DNA of 32,000 nucleotides from Methanocaldococcus jannaschii DSM 2661 (GTDB lineage: Archaea; AGJL01; Methanococci; Methanococcales; Methanocaldococcaceae): positions 1,309,460-1,341,459 of the forward strand of contig NC_000909.1 in the NCBI RefSeq assembly GCF_000091665.1. Reading direction: 5' to 3'. The notes beneath the pieces are model-generated. The model had not been told where the DNA came from and ran no database searches. It saw only the letters and a list, made by a program, of their open reading frames with translations. Positions within the stretch are counted from its first letter, which is position 1. The number at the start of each line of letters is the position of its first letter. This document shows positions 1-10,588 of this stretch, one piece after another. The position numbers and the translations under genes are program-made.

Positions 1-425
1 ATGTATAGGGTAGTGACTGAATCAATTCCTATCCTCTTAGCTCCAATATCATTTATAGCAGTTTTTAAAACGTCTATTAACTCTCTCTCATCATTTGGGT
101 CATTTACAACGTATTTTTCTCTTTTTGCAGCACTTCCTATTCCGTATGTAAAGGCATCGATTATAGCAAATTTTCCCTCTTCCTCTAACTTTCTAATATC
201 CCATCCAAACTGTCTCATATTCTCTCTAATTTGAACAGGATGTTCCTCCAAAGCTACTAAAATACTTGGTTCATTGTAATCAACAACCCCCTTGTATAAA
301 AATTGCTGACAGAATATGGATTTTCCAGTTCCAGGCCCTCCAGATAATAGAACAACATTCCTTTCAGGTATTCCACCGTGTAAGATTTCATCCATCCCAG
401 GAATTCCAGTTTTTACTCTTTTCAT
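1..425 (-). CDS. KaiC-like / RecA-superfamily ATPase, N-terminal part (gene continues past window start)
   Basis: Absent from the ORF track because it runs off the window edge. My minus-strand translation from ATG 425-423 reads [95 protein letters not shown]... It has Walker [14 protein letters not shown] at 434-430 lies 4 nt upstream of the ATG. Confidence 0.85.
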   Translation of the reverse strand, partial: MKRVKTGIPGMDEILHGGIPERNVVLLSGGPGTGKSIFCQQFLYKGVVDYNEPSILVALEEHPVQIRENMRQFGWDIRKLEEEGKFAIIDAFTYGIGSAAKREKYVVNDPNDERELIDVLKTAINDIGAKRIGIDSVTTLY

Positions 426-485
426 GTTTTCACCTTTAGTAGTTATTGTTTTTAATTATTTTTAATTATTAATTAAGTAAGGAAG

Positions 486-785
486 CTAATCTCTCTCACT
501 AAATGACTTCATTTCCAATTTCTTTTCAGGGATGTCATCTAAGAACATTAATGAACCCTGTACCTCTACAGCACATATCTTTGATGGGTCAATAATGGTA
601 AATGACTTATTATCCATATTCCAAATTATTATTGGGTCTTTTTTTCCAGTCCATAGGTATTTTAATATGCCATTTTTTAAGTGTGTAACTGCGTCAAAAT
701 CATATTCACCTTCTATTGCATTACCTTCGAAATAGATTTTTACATACAATTTGTCTATTTTCCTTCTTGGCATACTCCCCCACAT
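486..785 (-). CDS. Hypothetical small protein (95-99 aa) immediately upstream of the KaiC-like gene
   Basis: Track ORF of 99 aa. An internal ATG at 773 (MPRRKIDKLYVKIYFEG...) is an equally plausible start. It is co-oriented with the KaiC-like gene and 60 nt upstream of it. I recognise no family. Confidence 0.45.
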   Translation of the reverse strand: MWGSMPRRKIDKLYVKIYFEGNAIEGEYDFDAVTHLKNGILKYLWTGKKDPIIIWNMDNKSFTIIDPSKICAVEVQGSLMFLDDIPEKKLEMKSFSERD

Positions 786-890
786 AATTAAATTTGATTT
801 TATCTAACAAAATAATAATTTATTAATTAGCCATATTTATAAATATCCTATTCAATATTGCTACGGTGATACACTTTAACATGTGAGAAT

Positions 891-1769
891 ATGAGAGCTT
901 ATCCCATCAAAACAAGATACATAAAAAGGGGAGAAAATTTTATCCCAATTGTTGTTGAAGCAATAAAAAATAGTGGAATTAAATTAGAGGATGGAGATTT
1001 TGTAGTATTAAGTGAAAAGATGGTTTCAACTGCTGAGGGAAATTTTATTGATGAGAGTAAATTTAAACCAGGAGTTTTAGCTTATCTCTGCTATTATTGG
1101 TCTAAATATCTTTGGGGCTATGTGCTTGGAAAGTTATTGAAAGTTAAAGAAGATAAAATAAAAAATTTGAGAAGAATGCCAAAGGAAGAGACTTTAAAGC
1201 ATAAACAGACAATTATAGAAATAGTTGGATTAAGATATGCCTTAAAACCTTATGCTGAAGGAGGAGTTGATTTAACAAACGTCCCTGGGACTTATGCCTG
1301 TCCTCTCCCAAAAAATCCAAAAAAATGGGCTGAGGAGTTATATAAAGAGATAAAAAAAGAATTAGGTGTTGATGTTGTTGTTATGGTTGCCGATACTGAT
1401 GCTACTTATAGAGTTTTGAATTTCTATTTTACCGCTCTTCCCTATGCAATTGATGGAATAATAAGTGGTATTGGAGTTTTTGGTTTCATTCTTGGAAGGT
1501 TGGCAGATGTTTTAAAGATTGGTGGATTTGCTGGATGCACACCATTAGCAATAGCTGGAAATGAGGTATATAAAAAGTATTCTATTGGTGAGCTTACAAG
1601 GATAGCTTTTATTTGTGATAGAGTGCATAAAACAATAAAAAACATTAATGAAGTTTTAGAAAAATACAACACCTATGTTATAACTGAAGAGATTTTGGAA
1701 AAATTGGAGCATACTCCAGTAGTAGTTGTTAAAATTAAGGAAGAGTATAAACCAGAATCTCAAAGATAA
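891..1769 (+). CDS. CofE-like (F420-0:gamma-glutamyl ligase family) domain protein of unknown substrate
   Basis: 292 aa. GDFVVLSEKMVSTAEG near the N-terminus and GGVDLTNVPG...PKNPKKWAEELYKEIKKELGVDVVVMVADTDATYR match my memory of the CofE pattern (GD-vv-KivSkaEG; GiDaSN...P.dPd.sA...V.i.DT.gR). There is an extra hydrophobic stretch, FYFTALPYAIDGIISGIGVFGFILG. Confidence 0.55.
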   Translation: MRAYPIKTRYIKRGENFIPIVVEAIKNSGIKLEDGDFVVLSEKMVSTAEGNFIDESKFKPGVLAYLCYYWSKYLWGYVLGKLLKVKEDKIKNLRRMPKEETLKHKQTIIEIVGLRYALKPYAEGGVDLTNVPGTYACPLPKNPKKWAEELYKEIKKELGVDVVVMVADTDATYRVLNFYFTALPYAIDGIISGIGVFGFILGRLADVLKIGGFAGCTPLAIAGNEVYKKYSIGELTRIAFICDRVHKTIKNINEVLEKYNTYVITEEILEKLEHTPVVVVKIKEEYKPESQR

Positions 1770-1838
1770 TTTTTAAAATAATTATTATTGCTGTTTTAAG
1801 CATTTTCTCATAACTCATTAGATATTTTCTGAAATACT

Positions 1839-2807
1839 TTACCATCCAAGCAATGCAAATATAAAGCCAATAACACCAATTAGTGTTGCCACATAGGAGA
1901 TAGGATATATCTGTTTAAATAAAAGTACTGGCGAAAATGCCCTAACAAATGTGGCCAATATAGGGAATATCAAAGCTATAGCAAAGTTTTCAACTATTGT
2001 TATAGGATTCTCTATATCTGGAGCTATTCCTAAGTATAGAGTTGCAAATAAACTTCCTAAAGCTATTAACAAAAGTTCCTTACTTGCTAAATATAAAGCT
2101 CTATATTTTGCAATTAATTCCATTGTAGGACCTTCAATAACATCTGCCTTTGTGTGAGTTATTGAGAATGGATATTCTTTAATCATTATCACATATCCAA
2201 TGAAATAACACGCAGCTCCAAATATCCCAGCCAATGAGAATAAAAATGGTTCTCCAACAATATCTTTTAAGAATATACTCTTCTTTTGAACAAATGGCAA
2301 AAATGTTGCTAAATAAAATGGAAATGAACCTATAGTTATCATTTTAAAGCTTCTTACAGCTCCTAACTGCTCCAATGAAAGCTTTAAAGTTTTTATAAAC
2401 GGTGTGCCTTTGCATTCATCTATAAACGGCATTTTCCAGCCCATAATTGAAAATGCTAAAGAACCTAATATAACATACATCATCTCCTCCAACTTCAGCA
2501 ATCCAACAATACCAATCTCGTTAGATAATATATGGAAGGATGTTAATGATGTTATAGACAACAATGCCCACAACACAACTATAGACAACAAAGGCAGCAA
2601 ATTATATAGTTTTGGCAAATTTGCATCAGGAGCTTTTGTCTCTTTAAATAAAAACTTAAAAAATGCCCAAAATCCTGGGGCTAATATACTCGGCCCTATT
2701 CTTTGTTGTATCCTTGCCTCTATCTTTCTCTGAATTCCCGGAATATATGTAGAGATTGCAAATGCTAAAGCCGGAATGCCAATTATGGATATTAGCTCAT
2801 CAATCAT
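1839..2807 (-). CDS. NuoH/HycD-family integral membrane subunit of an energy-converting [NiFe] hydrogenase (possibly EhbO)
   Basis: 322-aa polytopic hydrophobic protein. The N-terminal RKIEARIQQRIGP motif is typical of the NuoH/HycD/HyfC family. It lies directly downstream of the NuoB-like subunit gene on the same strand. Confidence 0.75.
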   Translation of the reverse strand: MIDELISIIGIPALAFAISTYIPGIQRKIEARIQQRIGPSILAPGFWAFFKFLFKETKAPDANLPKLYNLLPLLSIVVLWALLSITSLTSFHILSNEIGIVGLLKLEEMMYVILGSLAFSIMGWKMPFIDECKGTPFIKTLKLSLEQLGAVRSFKMITIGSFPFYLATFLPFVQKKSIFLKDIVGEPFLFSLAGIFGAACYFIGYVIMIKEYPFSITHTKADVIEGPTMELIAKYRALYLASKELLLIALGSLFATLYLGIAPDIENPITIVENFAIALIFPILATFVRAFSPVLLFKQIYPISYVATLIGVIGFIFALLGW

Positions 2808-2875
2808 AACCTATCCCTCACTAAAGAAATTTTACAAACATAAATCATTCTCACTCATAAAATTTTATAAAAACC

Positions 2876-3322
2876 TCATTTTCCTTCGATAACCTTAGGT
2901 AGAGCTTTAACTATCCCAGCAATAATATCCTCTGGTCTTGGGGCACAGCCAGGCACTTTAACATCAACTGGAATAATGTTTTCAACAGGTCCTGCAACAA
3001 AATCTGAAGTTCCTAAATCTCCTCCAATGTTTTTATAAACTCCTCCCATCAATGCGCAAGCTCCTACAGCAACAACTGCCTTTGGTTCTGGAATCTTCTC
3101 ATAAATTTTTCTTAATGATTCTGCAACAACTTTAGTAACACAACCAGTAACAACTAAAATATCTGCCTCTCTTGGATTAAATGTTAAAAAAACATTATAC
3201 TGCTCAGCATCATAAAATGGAGAGAATATAGCATTAACAACTTCAATATCACAAGCGTTACATCCACCAGTATAAACAAGCATTACATGAATACACTTCT
3301 TCCTTGCGATTTTTTTAATCAT
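2876..3322 (-). CDS. NuoB-like [NiFe]-hydrogenase small subunit (possibly EhbM)
   Basis: Cysteine motifs [14 protein letters not shown] and PGCAPRP are typical of the NuoB/HycG [4Fe-4S] subunit. I prefer ATG 3322 (MIKKIARKK) over the track's GTG 3331, because GGTGA at 3332-3328 sits 5 nt upstream of ATG 3322. Confidence 0.85.
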   Translation of the reverse strand: MIKKIARKKCIHVMLVYTGGCNACDIEVVNAIFSPFYDAEQYNVFLTFNPREADILVVTGCVTKVVAESLRKIYEKIPEPKAVVAVGACALMGGVYKNIGGDLGTSDFVAGPVENIIPVDVKVPGCAPRPEDIIAGIVKALPKVIEGK

Positions 3323-3653
3323 CACTGTCACCAGTAATTTATCATTATCATTAATGACAAATAGTGATGTATAAAATATAAATAGATTATGCTTTATTGA
3401 GAATTTTAATATGCATAATAGATTTTTTAATTTAATTTCTTGCTTCTTGTGAGCATAGCGAACAGGTTTTAGAAATCTTTCGGATTTTTAAGATTATAAG
3501 TAGGTTGTTTGATTTTGGTATTGGAAAATTAATAAAAAGTATTACTAATTTTTCAATTTTAAAGTTTTATTTTTAAGAGAATTTATGAGTTTGTTTTTAT
3601 TTTGTATGTTTTAGGGTTCGAAATAGTTTTTAATTTTCTATATCTTGTATTGT

Positions 3654-3675
3654 AAAAACGAAAACTATATATATA
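3654..3675 (+). promoter_or_regulatory. Archaeal BRE + TATA box for tRNA-Ser
   Basis: The sequence aaaaacgaaaaCTATATATATAcc has its TATATATA core at 3666-3673. That is about 33-40 nt upstream of the mature tRNA 5' end, consistent with a start near 3697 and a short RNase P-processed leader. Confidence 0.7.
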
Positions 3676-3705
3676 CCTTATACCCAATTAGTGTTTGCTT
3701 TTATT

Positions 3706-3790
<85 letters not shown>

Positions 3791-3967
3791 TCATCTATTT
3801 TAGAGTTAAAAAATTACCCAAGAAAGTTAAAAATTCCTTTAGGTTATTTTTTCTGTGGAACTAATTCCTGTGAATTTTCAAGTCTTTTTATGAAAAATAT
3901 TTCAACCAAAGAGTCTTTTTTTAAATTTAAGTTTAATAATAGAAGTTTATATTGTTGGGGTGCTTTT

Positions 3968-5158
3968 ATGAAACTTAGAATGAAGCCAGAGGATTTTATC
4001 GTTGAAGAAATTATTGATTTTAATAAAATAGCTGGAGATAGATGCTACCTTTATAAATTAACAAAGAGAAATATAGAGAGTTTGAAAGCATTCTCTTATA
4101 TTGCAAAAAAATTTAAAATTCCATTGAAGGATATTGGATACTGTGGATTAAAAGATAGGCATGCTTTAACTACTCAATATATATCTATACCAAAAAAATA
4201 TGGAAAATTAAGCTTAGATGAACCAAATTTAAAATTAGAGTTAATCGGAGAATCAAAATTTCTATTGTTGGGAGATTTAGAGGGAAATAGATTCACAATA
4301 ACAGTTAGGGGTTTAAAAAAAGAAGACATCCCAAAAATAAAAGAAAATTTAAAATACTTAGAATTTGGAGCTCCAAATTATTTTGATAGTCAGAGATTTG
4401 GAAGCGTTTTTGATAAAAAATTCATTGCCAAAGAAGTTATAAAAGGCAATTATGAAGAAGCTGTGAAAATATTGCTAACGAAATATAAAAAATCTGAAAA
4501 GAAATTAATAAAAGATTTAAAGAGATTTATAGATAAAAACTGGGGAGATTGGGATAAAATTTGGGAGTATATTAAGGAAAATAATATAAAGTCAAGATTA
4601 TATGTGAATATGGTTAAAGAGCTTAAAAAAAGCAATGATTATAAAAAAGCTTTAAGTTATGTTGATGATAGGCTGAAGAAAATTTTTGTTGCTGCTTATC
4701 AAAGCTATCTATGGAATGAGTGTGTAAAAGAGTTATTAAGAAAATATGTTCCAGAAGAAGATAGGGTTTATTATGAATATGAATGTGGAACCCTTATGTT
4801 CTATAAAAAAATGGATGAGGAAGTGTTTAATATATTGAAAGATAAAAAATTTCCAACAATAGCTCCAGACATTGAATATAGTGGAGAAGAAAAAGAAATT
4901 ATTGAAGAAATCTTAAAGAGAGAAGGCCTTACTATGGAAGAGCTAAATAATATAGGAGAGTTAGGGAAGTTCATATACAGTGAAAGAAAGATTCTTTCAA
5001 TCCCTAAAAACTTAAAAATTGGAGAGTTTGAAGAGGATGAATTGAATAAAGGAAAATATAAAATAACTTTAAGCTATGAATTGGAAAAAGGAAGTTATGC
5101 AACAATTATAATAAAAAGGGCTTTCTTAGGTGTAAAAACTAAAAAAAGAAAAAGATAA
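3968..5158 (+). CDS. truD: tRNA pseudouridine synthase TruD (Pus7-like)
   Basis: MKLRMKPEDFIVEEI is a typical TruD N-terminus, and the catalytic motif is present as GLKDRHALT. The track ORF (3695-5158) is an artefactual upstream extension that reads through the tRNA. GGGGTG lies 8 nt upstream of ATG 3968. Confidence 0.85.
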   Translation: MKLRMKPEDFIVEEIIDFNKIAGDRCYLYKLTKRNIESLKAFSYIAKKFKIPLKDIGYCGLKDRHALTTQYISIPKKYGKLSLDEPNLKLELIGESKFLLLGDLEGNRFTITVRGLKKEDIPKIKENLKYLEFGAPNYFDSQRFGSVFDKKFIAKEVIKGNYEEAVKILLTKYKKSEKKLIKDLKRFIDKNWGDWDKIWEYIKENNIKSRLYVNMVKELKKSNDYKKALSYVDDRLKKIFVAAYQSYLWNECVKELLRKYVPEEDRVYYEYECGTLMFYKKMDEEVFNILKDKKFPTIAPDIEYSGEEKEIIEEILKREGLTMEELNNIGELGKFIYSERKILSIPKNLKIGEFEEDELNKGKYKITLSYELEKGSYATIIIKRAFLGVKTKKRKR

Positions 5159-5248
5159 ATTAAACAATTAATAGTTAGTGTTAAATATTTAAAGGCACAA
5201 TTTAATAATAATTTCTACAAAAATATCAACGACACTTTTTACAAATAG

Positions 5249-6442
5249 ATGGTGATTATTTTGAGACATGTTAGAGTATTTAATGGAGTTAATGAATGTG
5301 ATATCTATTTAATTGGAACTGCTCATGTTTCAAAGGATAGTATTGAAGAAGTAGAAAAAATTATATCATCTGTCTCTCCAGAAGGAATTGCAGTAGAGCT
5401 TGATGATAGAAGATTTTTCTCATTAATTACAAATGAAGAGAAAAAAGTGGATTTAAAAAAAGTATTAAAGGAAGGGAATTTTTTAAAATTTTTCATATAT
5501 TTAATTTTAGCTAATTCTCAAAAGAAGATAGGGGAGAGTTTTGGAATAAAGCCAGGTAGTGAGATGAAAAAAGCTATAGAAATAGCAAGCAAATATGGAT
5601 TGCCAATATATCTAATTGATAGGGATATAGATATCACTTTATCAAGATTAATGGATAGAATGACATTTAAAGAAAAAATGAAGATTTTTTGGGAGCTATT
5701 AAATTCTGATGAGGAAGATTTGGAATTAGATGATGATTTATTAAACGATATGGTTAAAAATCCTGAAAAATTTATTAAATTGCTAAAGGAGATATCTCCA
5801 ACAATATATGAGGTCTTAGTAGATGAAAGAGATAGATTCATGGCTAAAAGGTTATTTGAATTGAGTAAGAATAAAAATTCTTTGGTGGCAGTAGTTGGAG
5901 CGGGACATGTTGAGGGAATTGTAAGATATTTAAAAAAGCTTGAAAATGGAAATGATATTGATTTAATGGAATTAATAAAGGTAAAAAAGAGAAAAAAATC
6001 ATTAAAAAAGCTTTTAACATATGGTATTTCATTGACTATAATTAGCATCTTTTTGTATATGATATGTTACGCCCTAAATAATCCAGAATTATTAAAGATG
6101 ATTACTTTTCAATGGATATTATTTACTGGGGGCTTATCTGCCTTGGGAGTTTTATTGGCAAGAGGGAAGTTGATAACTGCATTAGTTGCCTTTCTATCAG
6201 CCCCTATAACTACTCTCGTCCCATTACCATTAGCGGCTGTGGGGACGATAGCTGGACTTGTAGAGTTAAAGTATAGAGAGATAACAGATAAAGATTTAGT
6301 GGGAATAATAAATGCTGAATCAATTAAAGAGCTCTTAAACAACAATTTATTTAGAGTCTTGTTAGTTGCCACTCTCTCAAATTTAGGGGCATCTATTGGT
6401 GTATTTTATTGCTTAGGAAAGTTTATTGGGTTTTTAGGATAA
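5249..6442 (+). CDS. TraB/PrgY-family protein with C-terminal transmembrane domain
   Basis: 397 aa. It carries the YLIGTAHVS and VVGAGHVEGI motifs of the TraB family. The C-terminal roughly 140 aa are strongly hydrophobic, with several predicted TM helices. Confidence 0.75.
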   Translation: MVIILRHVRVFNGVNECDIYLIGTAHVSKDSIEEVEKIISSVSPEGIAVELDDRRFFSLITNEEKKVDLKKVLKEGNFLKFFIYLILANSQKKIGESFGIKPGSEMKKAIEIASKYGLPIYLIDRDIDITLSRLMDRMTFKEKMKIFWELLNSDEEDLELDDDLLNDMVKNPEKFIKLLKEISPTIYEVLVDERDRFMAKRLFELSKNKNSLVAVVGAGHVEGIVRYLKKLENGNDIDLMELIKVKKRKKSLKKLLTYGISLTIISIFLYMICYALNNPELLKMITFQWILFTGGLSALGVLLARGKLITALVAFLSAPITTLVPLPLAAVGTIAGLVELKYREITDKDLVGIINAESIKELLNNNLFRVLLVATLSNLGASIGVFYCLGKFIGFLG

Positions 6443-6462
6443 AAAATTAAAAATTTTAAAAA

Positions 6463-8227
<1,765 letters not shown>

Positions 8228-8228
<1 letters not shown>

Positions 8229-8977
8229 TATCTCCCTCTCATCCTCCCAAACATCCTTAGTAATGCAAACAACGCTATGCTAATCAAAATCATTCCAACA
8301 GATATTGGTTTTGAAGCATCTAATCCAAAGCTCATAAATCTTTCATATATTAAGATAGGAACTGTTTTTGGATAATATGCTATTATCAATATTGCTCCAA
8401 CCTCACTAATTCCTCTTGCAAAACTCAAAATAATCCCAGAGATGATATTATTTTTTATCAATGGGAGAGATATTTCAAAAAACGTCCTTATCTTTGAAGC
8501 CCCCAAGGTTCTTGAGACATACTCAATCTCTTCATCAACACTTAAAAAGCCATCTCTTATACTATTAACCATAAAAGGTATGCCAACAAATAGATAGACA
8601 GTAACAATCCCCCAAAAGTTATCAACTACATATCTACCAATAAAATTTATAATATCAATACCATAAATGAAGGATAGGATTATGATACCTATAACGCTGT
8701 GAGGAATTGCCATCGGTAAATCTAAAACAGCCTCAACAAAGCTTTTAAATTTAAAATCATACCTTGCCAAAATATAGCCAGTTGGTATTCCAAAAATTAG
8801 AGCTATTAGAGTAGCAACAGCTCCAGCTAATAGAGTAGTTTTAAACGCCTCTATAACCTCTTTATCCAACAATTGGTTTAAATCTCCGGGATTTGATAGC
8901 ATATAAATAATTGGTAAAAATATGAATAAGAATATCATTACCAAAAACACTGTCATCGCAATATCGAACTTCTCCAT
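8228..8977 (-). CDS. wtpB: ABC transporter permease, molybdate/tungstate (WtpB-type, CysTW/ModB family)
   Basis: 249-aa polytopic protein with an EAA-like loop, EEIEYVSRTLGASKIRTFFEISLPLI. It is translationally coupled to the ATPase gene. Confidence 0.8.
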
Positions 8978-9008
8978 GCCTATCCCTAATCAATCTTAAT
9001 CATTTTTA

Positions 9009-9025
9009 AGGTAATTAAATTACCT
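9009..9025. promoter_or_regulatory. Perfect 17-bp palindrome abutting a TATA box in the wtpB/EVE divergent promoter
   Basis: AGGTAATT-A-AATTACCT has 8-bp arms and a 1-nt centre. It is immediately followed by AATTATATAAAATTT (9026-9040). On the minus strand it lies between that TATA element and the wtpB ATG at 8977. Confidence 0.45.
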
Positions 9026-9114
9026 AATTATATAAAATTTGTGTTAAACAAAATTGATGACATTTGATAGTATAATATTTTCATTAAAAATTTATTAAAA
9101 TGAGGGATATAGTT

Positions 9115-9567
9115 ATGACATATTGGCTCTTTAGCTCTAACAATATAAGAAATATTGAAATCTGCTATAATCATATGATTTGGGGATTTTGGGATAGAAA
9201 CGCTGGAGAGAAACAGAAAAAGAATTGGAGAAGTTTTATAAGAAAATATAACCAAATAAAACCTTTTGATGTTGCCGTTTTCCAAATTGCAAAAACCGGA
9301 GAGATTCATGCTATTGGAGTTATAAAAGAGACATATTATGATGACCAAACACCAATATGGGACAATGAAATAAACTTAAATAAAGTTACTTTCCCTTGGA
9401 GAGTATCATTTTCAGTAATAATTTTCTCAAAAGAGGCTGTAATAAAAAGATTTATAAAAATACAAGATTATATTGATGGATATGGTTTGGGAGAACTTGA
9501 ACATCATGATTTTAATGAAATTTTAAAAGCCTTTCAAAAGAAATTTGGAATGATTTCTATAAAATAA
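9115..9567 (+). CDS. PUA-like / EVE-domain protein (divergent PH1033/UPF0310-like paralog)
   Basis: MTYWLFSSNN...IWGFWDR...FPWRVSF shares the M-x-YWL, IWG and FP(W/Y)RV landmarks with the ORF at 21569-22009. I prefer ATG 9115, which has GAGGGA 8 nt upstream, over the track start 9100. Confidence 0.6.
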   Translation: MTYWLFSSNNIRNIEICYNHMIWGFWDRNAGEKQKKNWRSFIRKYNQIKPFDVAVFQIAKTGEIHAIGVIKETYYDDQTPIWDNEINLNKVTFPWRVSFSVIIFSKEAVIKRFIKIQDYIDGYGLGELEHHDFNEILKAFQKKFGMISIK

Positions 9568-9596
9568 AGAGAATTGCATAAATTATTGGTGAAACT

Positions 9597-10583
9597 ATGA
9601 TAACCGTTGGAATAGACCATGGAACGTCGGGAATAACTACATGCATAAAAGATAATGATAAAAAGATAATATTTAAACTAAAGAGAACAGAACTCAAAGA
9701 AAAATCTTACTTAGAGGAGTTGGAGAAACATATTTCATTGGAAGATATTGATTTGATTGCTTTAACTTACTCAATGGGAGATGGGATAAACAAAATCCTA
9801 CCAATAGAAAAAGTGAAAAATAGAGGAGTTTTAAGTATTGAAGGAGCTGGAGAAAAGGTTGGAGGAGGAACAAAGGTTTATGATGAGATTAAAGAATCTG
9901 GATTGCCAGCTGTTGTTATTCCAGGATTGCATAGAGGAATAGAATGCTTAGATGAGAGGTTTAGAGCTTTATACTCCCATATAGCATCTCCAGAAAAGGT
10001 TTCTATAGCTTATTATGCATATAAATTATTTGGATTTAATGATTTTGTTTTATCCGATATATCCTCAAATACTGTAACTTTATTAATAAAAGATGGTAAG
10101 ATTTTTGGAGGATTTGATGCGTGTATTGGAGCTATTGGAATGTTACATGGCCCTATAGATTTAGAAATGATTAGAGATATAGATGCTGGAAAAATTACAG
10201 CAAATGAAGCATTTTCAAAGGCAGGGGCTGTTAAAATAGCCAAGCTCTATAAAGGTGTTGAAAATACAAAAGAAGAGATAATTAACAACTATTTTAATGA
10301 TGAAAATTGTAGATTGGCAGTTGATAGCTTAATTTTAAGTGTCTCTATGGAGATAAATAGCTTATTACCTTTATTGGATAAAAATAAAAGAAGAGTGGTT
10401 TTAGCAGGTTCTATAGGGACTTTAAGGAATCCGATAGATATTCCAAAAAGAATTAAAGAGTTTGTTGAGGCAAAGATATTTGTCTTATATGGAGAAAGTG
10501 GGGCTATTGGGGGGGCTTTGATAGCAGAGGATATTTTAAAAGGGAAGAGAGATATTTTAGGAATAGAAGTGGAGTTTAAGTGA
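9597..10583 (+). CDS. ASKHA-fold (BadF/BadG/BcrA-like) ATPase, methanogenesis marker protein 12-like (UPF0285)
   Basis: MITVGIDHGTSGITT is a phosphate-1 motif of actin/Hsp70/sugar-kinase-fold ATPases. A second glycine-rich segment, VVLAGSIG, is present. The marker-12 family assignment is from memory. Confidence 0.6.
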   Translation: MITVGIDHGTSGITTCIKDNDKKIIFKLKRTELKEKSYLEELEKHISLEDIDLIALTYSMGDGINKILPIEKVKNRGVLSIEGAGEKVGGGTKVYDEIKESGLPAVVIPGLHRGIECLDERFRALYSHIASPEKVSIAYYAYKLFGFNDFVLSDISSNTVTLLIKDGKIFGGFDACIGAIGMLHGPIDLEMIRDIDAGKITANEAFSKAGAVKIAKLYKGVENTKEEIINNYFNDENCRLAVDSLILSVSMEINSLLPLLDKNKRRVVLAGSIGTLRNPIDIPKRIKEFVEAKIFVLYGESGAIGGALIAEDILKGKRDILGIEVEFK

Positions 10584-10588
10584 TAATT

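Noticed and set aside
1-234. 77-aa plus-strand ORF at the window start
   Set aside because: It is antisense to the KaiC-like ATPase reading frame, which has a Walker A motif and a strong Shine-Dalgarno site.
3332-3653. Search for C/D-box sRNA or other ncRNA in the long AT-rich spacer upstream of tRNA-Ser, and in the other spacers
   Set aside because: I found no paired C (RUGAUGA) and D (CUGA) boxes at appropriate spacing on either strand. There is no GC-rich island apart from the tRNA. GTGATG at about 3394 lacks any D box.
5518-6048. 176-aa minus-strand ORF inside the TraB-family gene, with similar antisense ORFs at 2404-2733, 7465-7950, 26979-27431, 10942-11187, 14870-15133, 17894-18136 and 21125-21382
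   Set aside because: All are embedded antisense in genes with clear family motifs. They have skewed low-complexity composition (I/F/S/L/N-rich) typical of the reverse complement of Lys/Glu-rich AT-rich coding sequence.
9028-9348. 106-aa minus-strand ORF spanning the wtpB/EVE promoter
   Set aside because: It overlaps the promoter palindrome, the TATA element and the 5' half of the EVE-like gene. It has no ribosome-binding site and an implausible composition.
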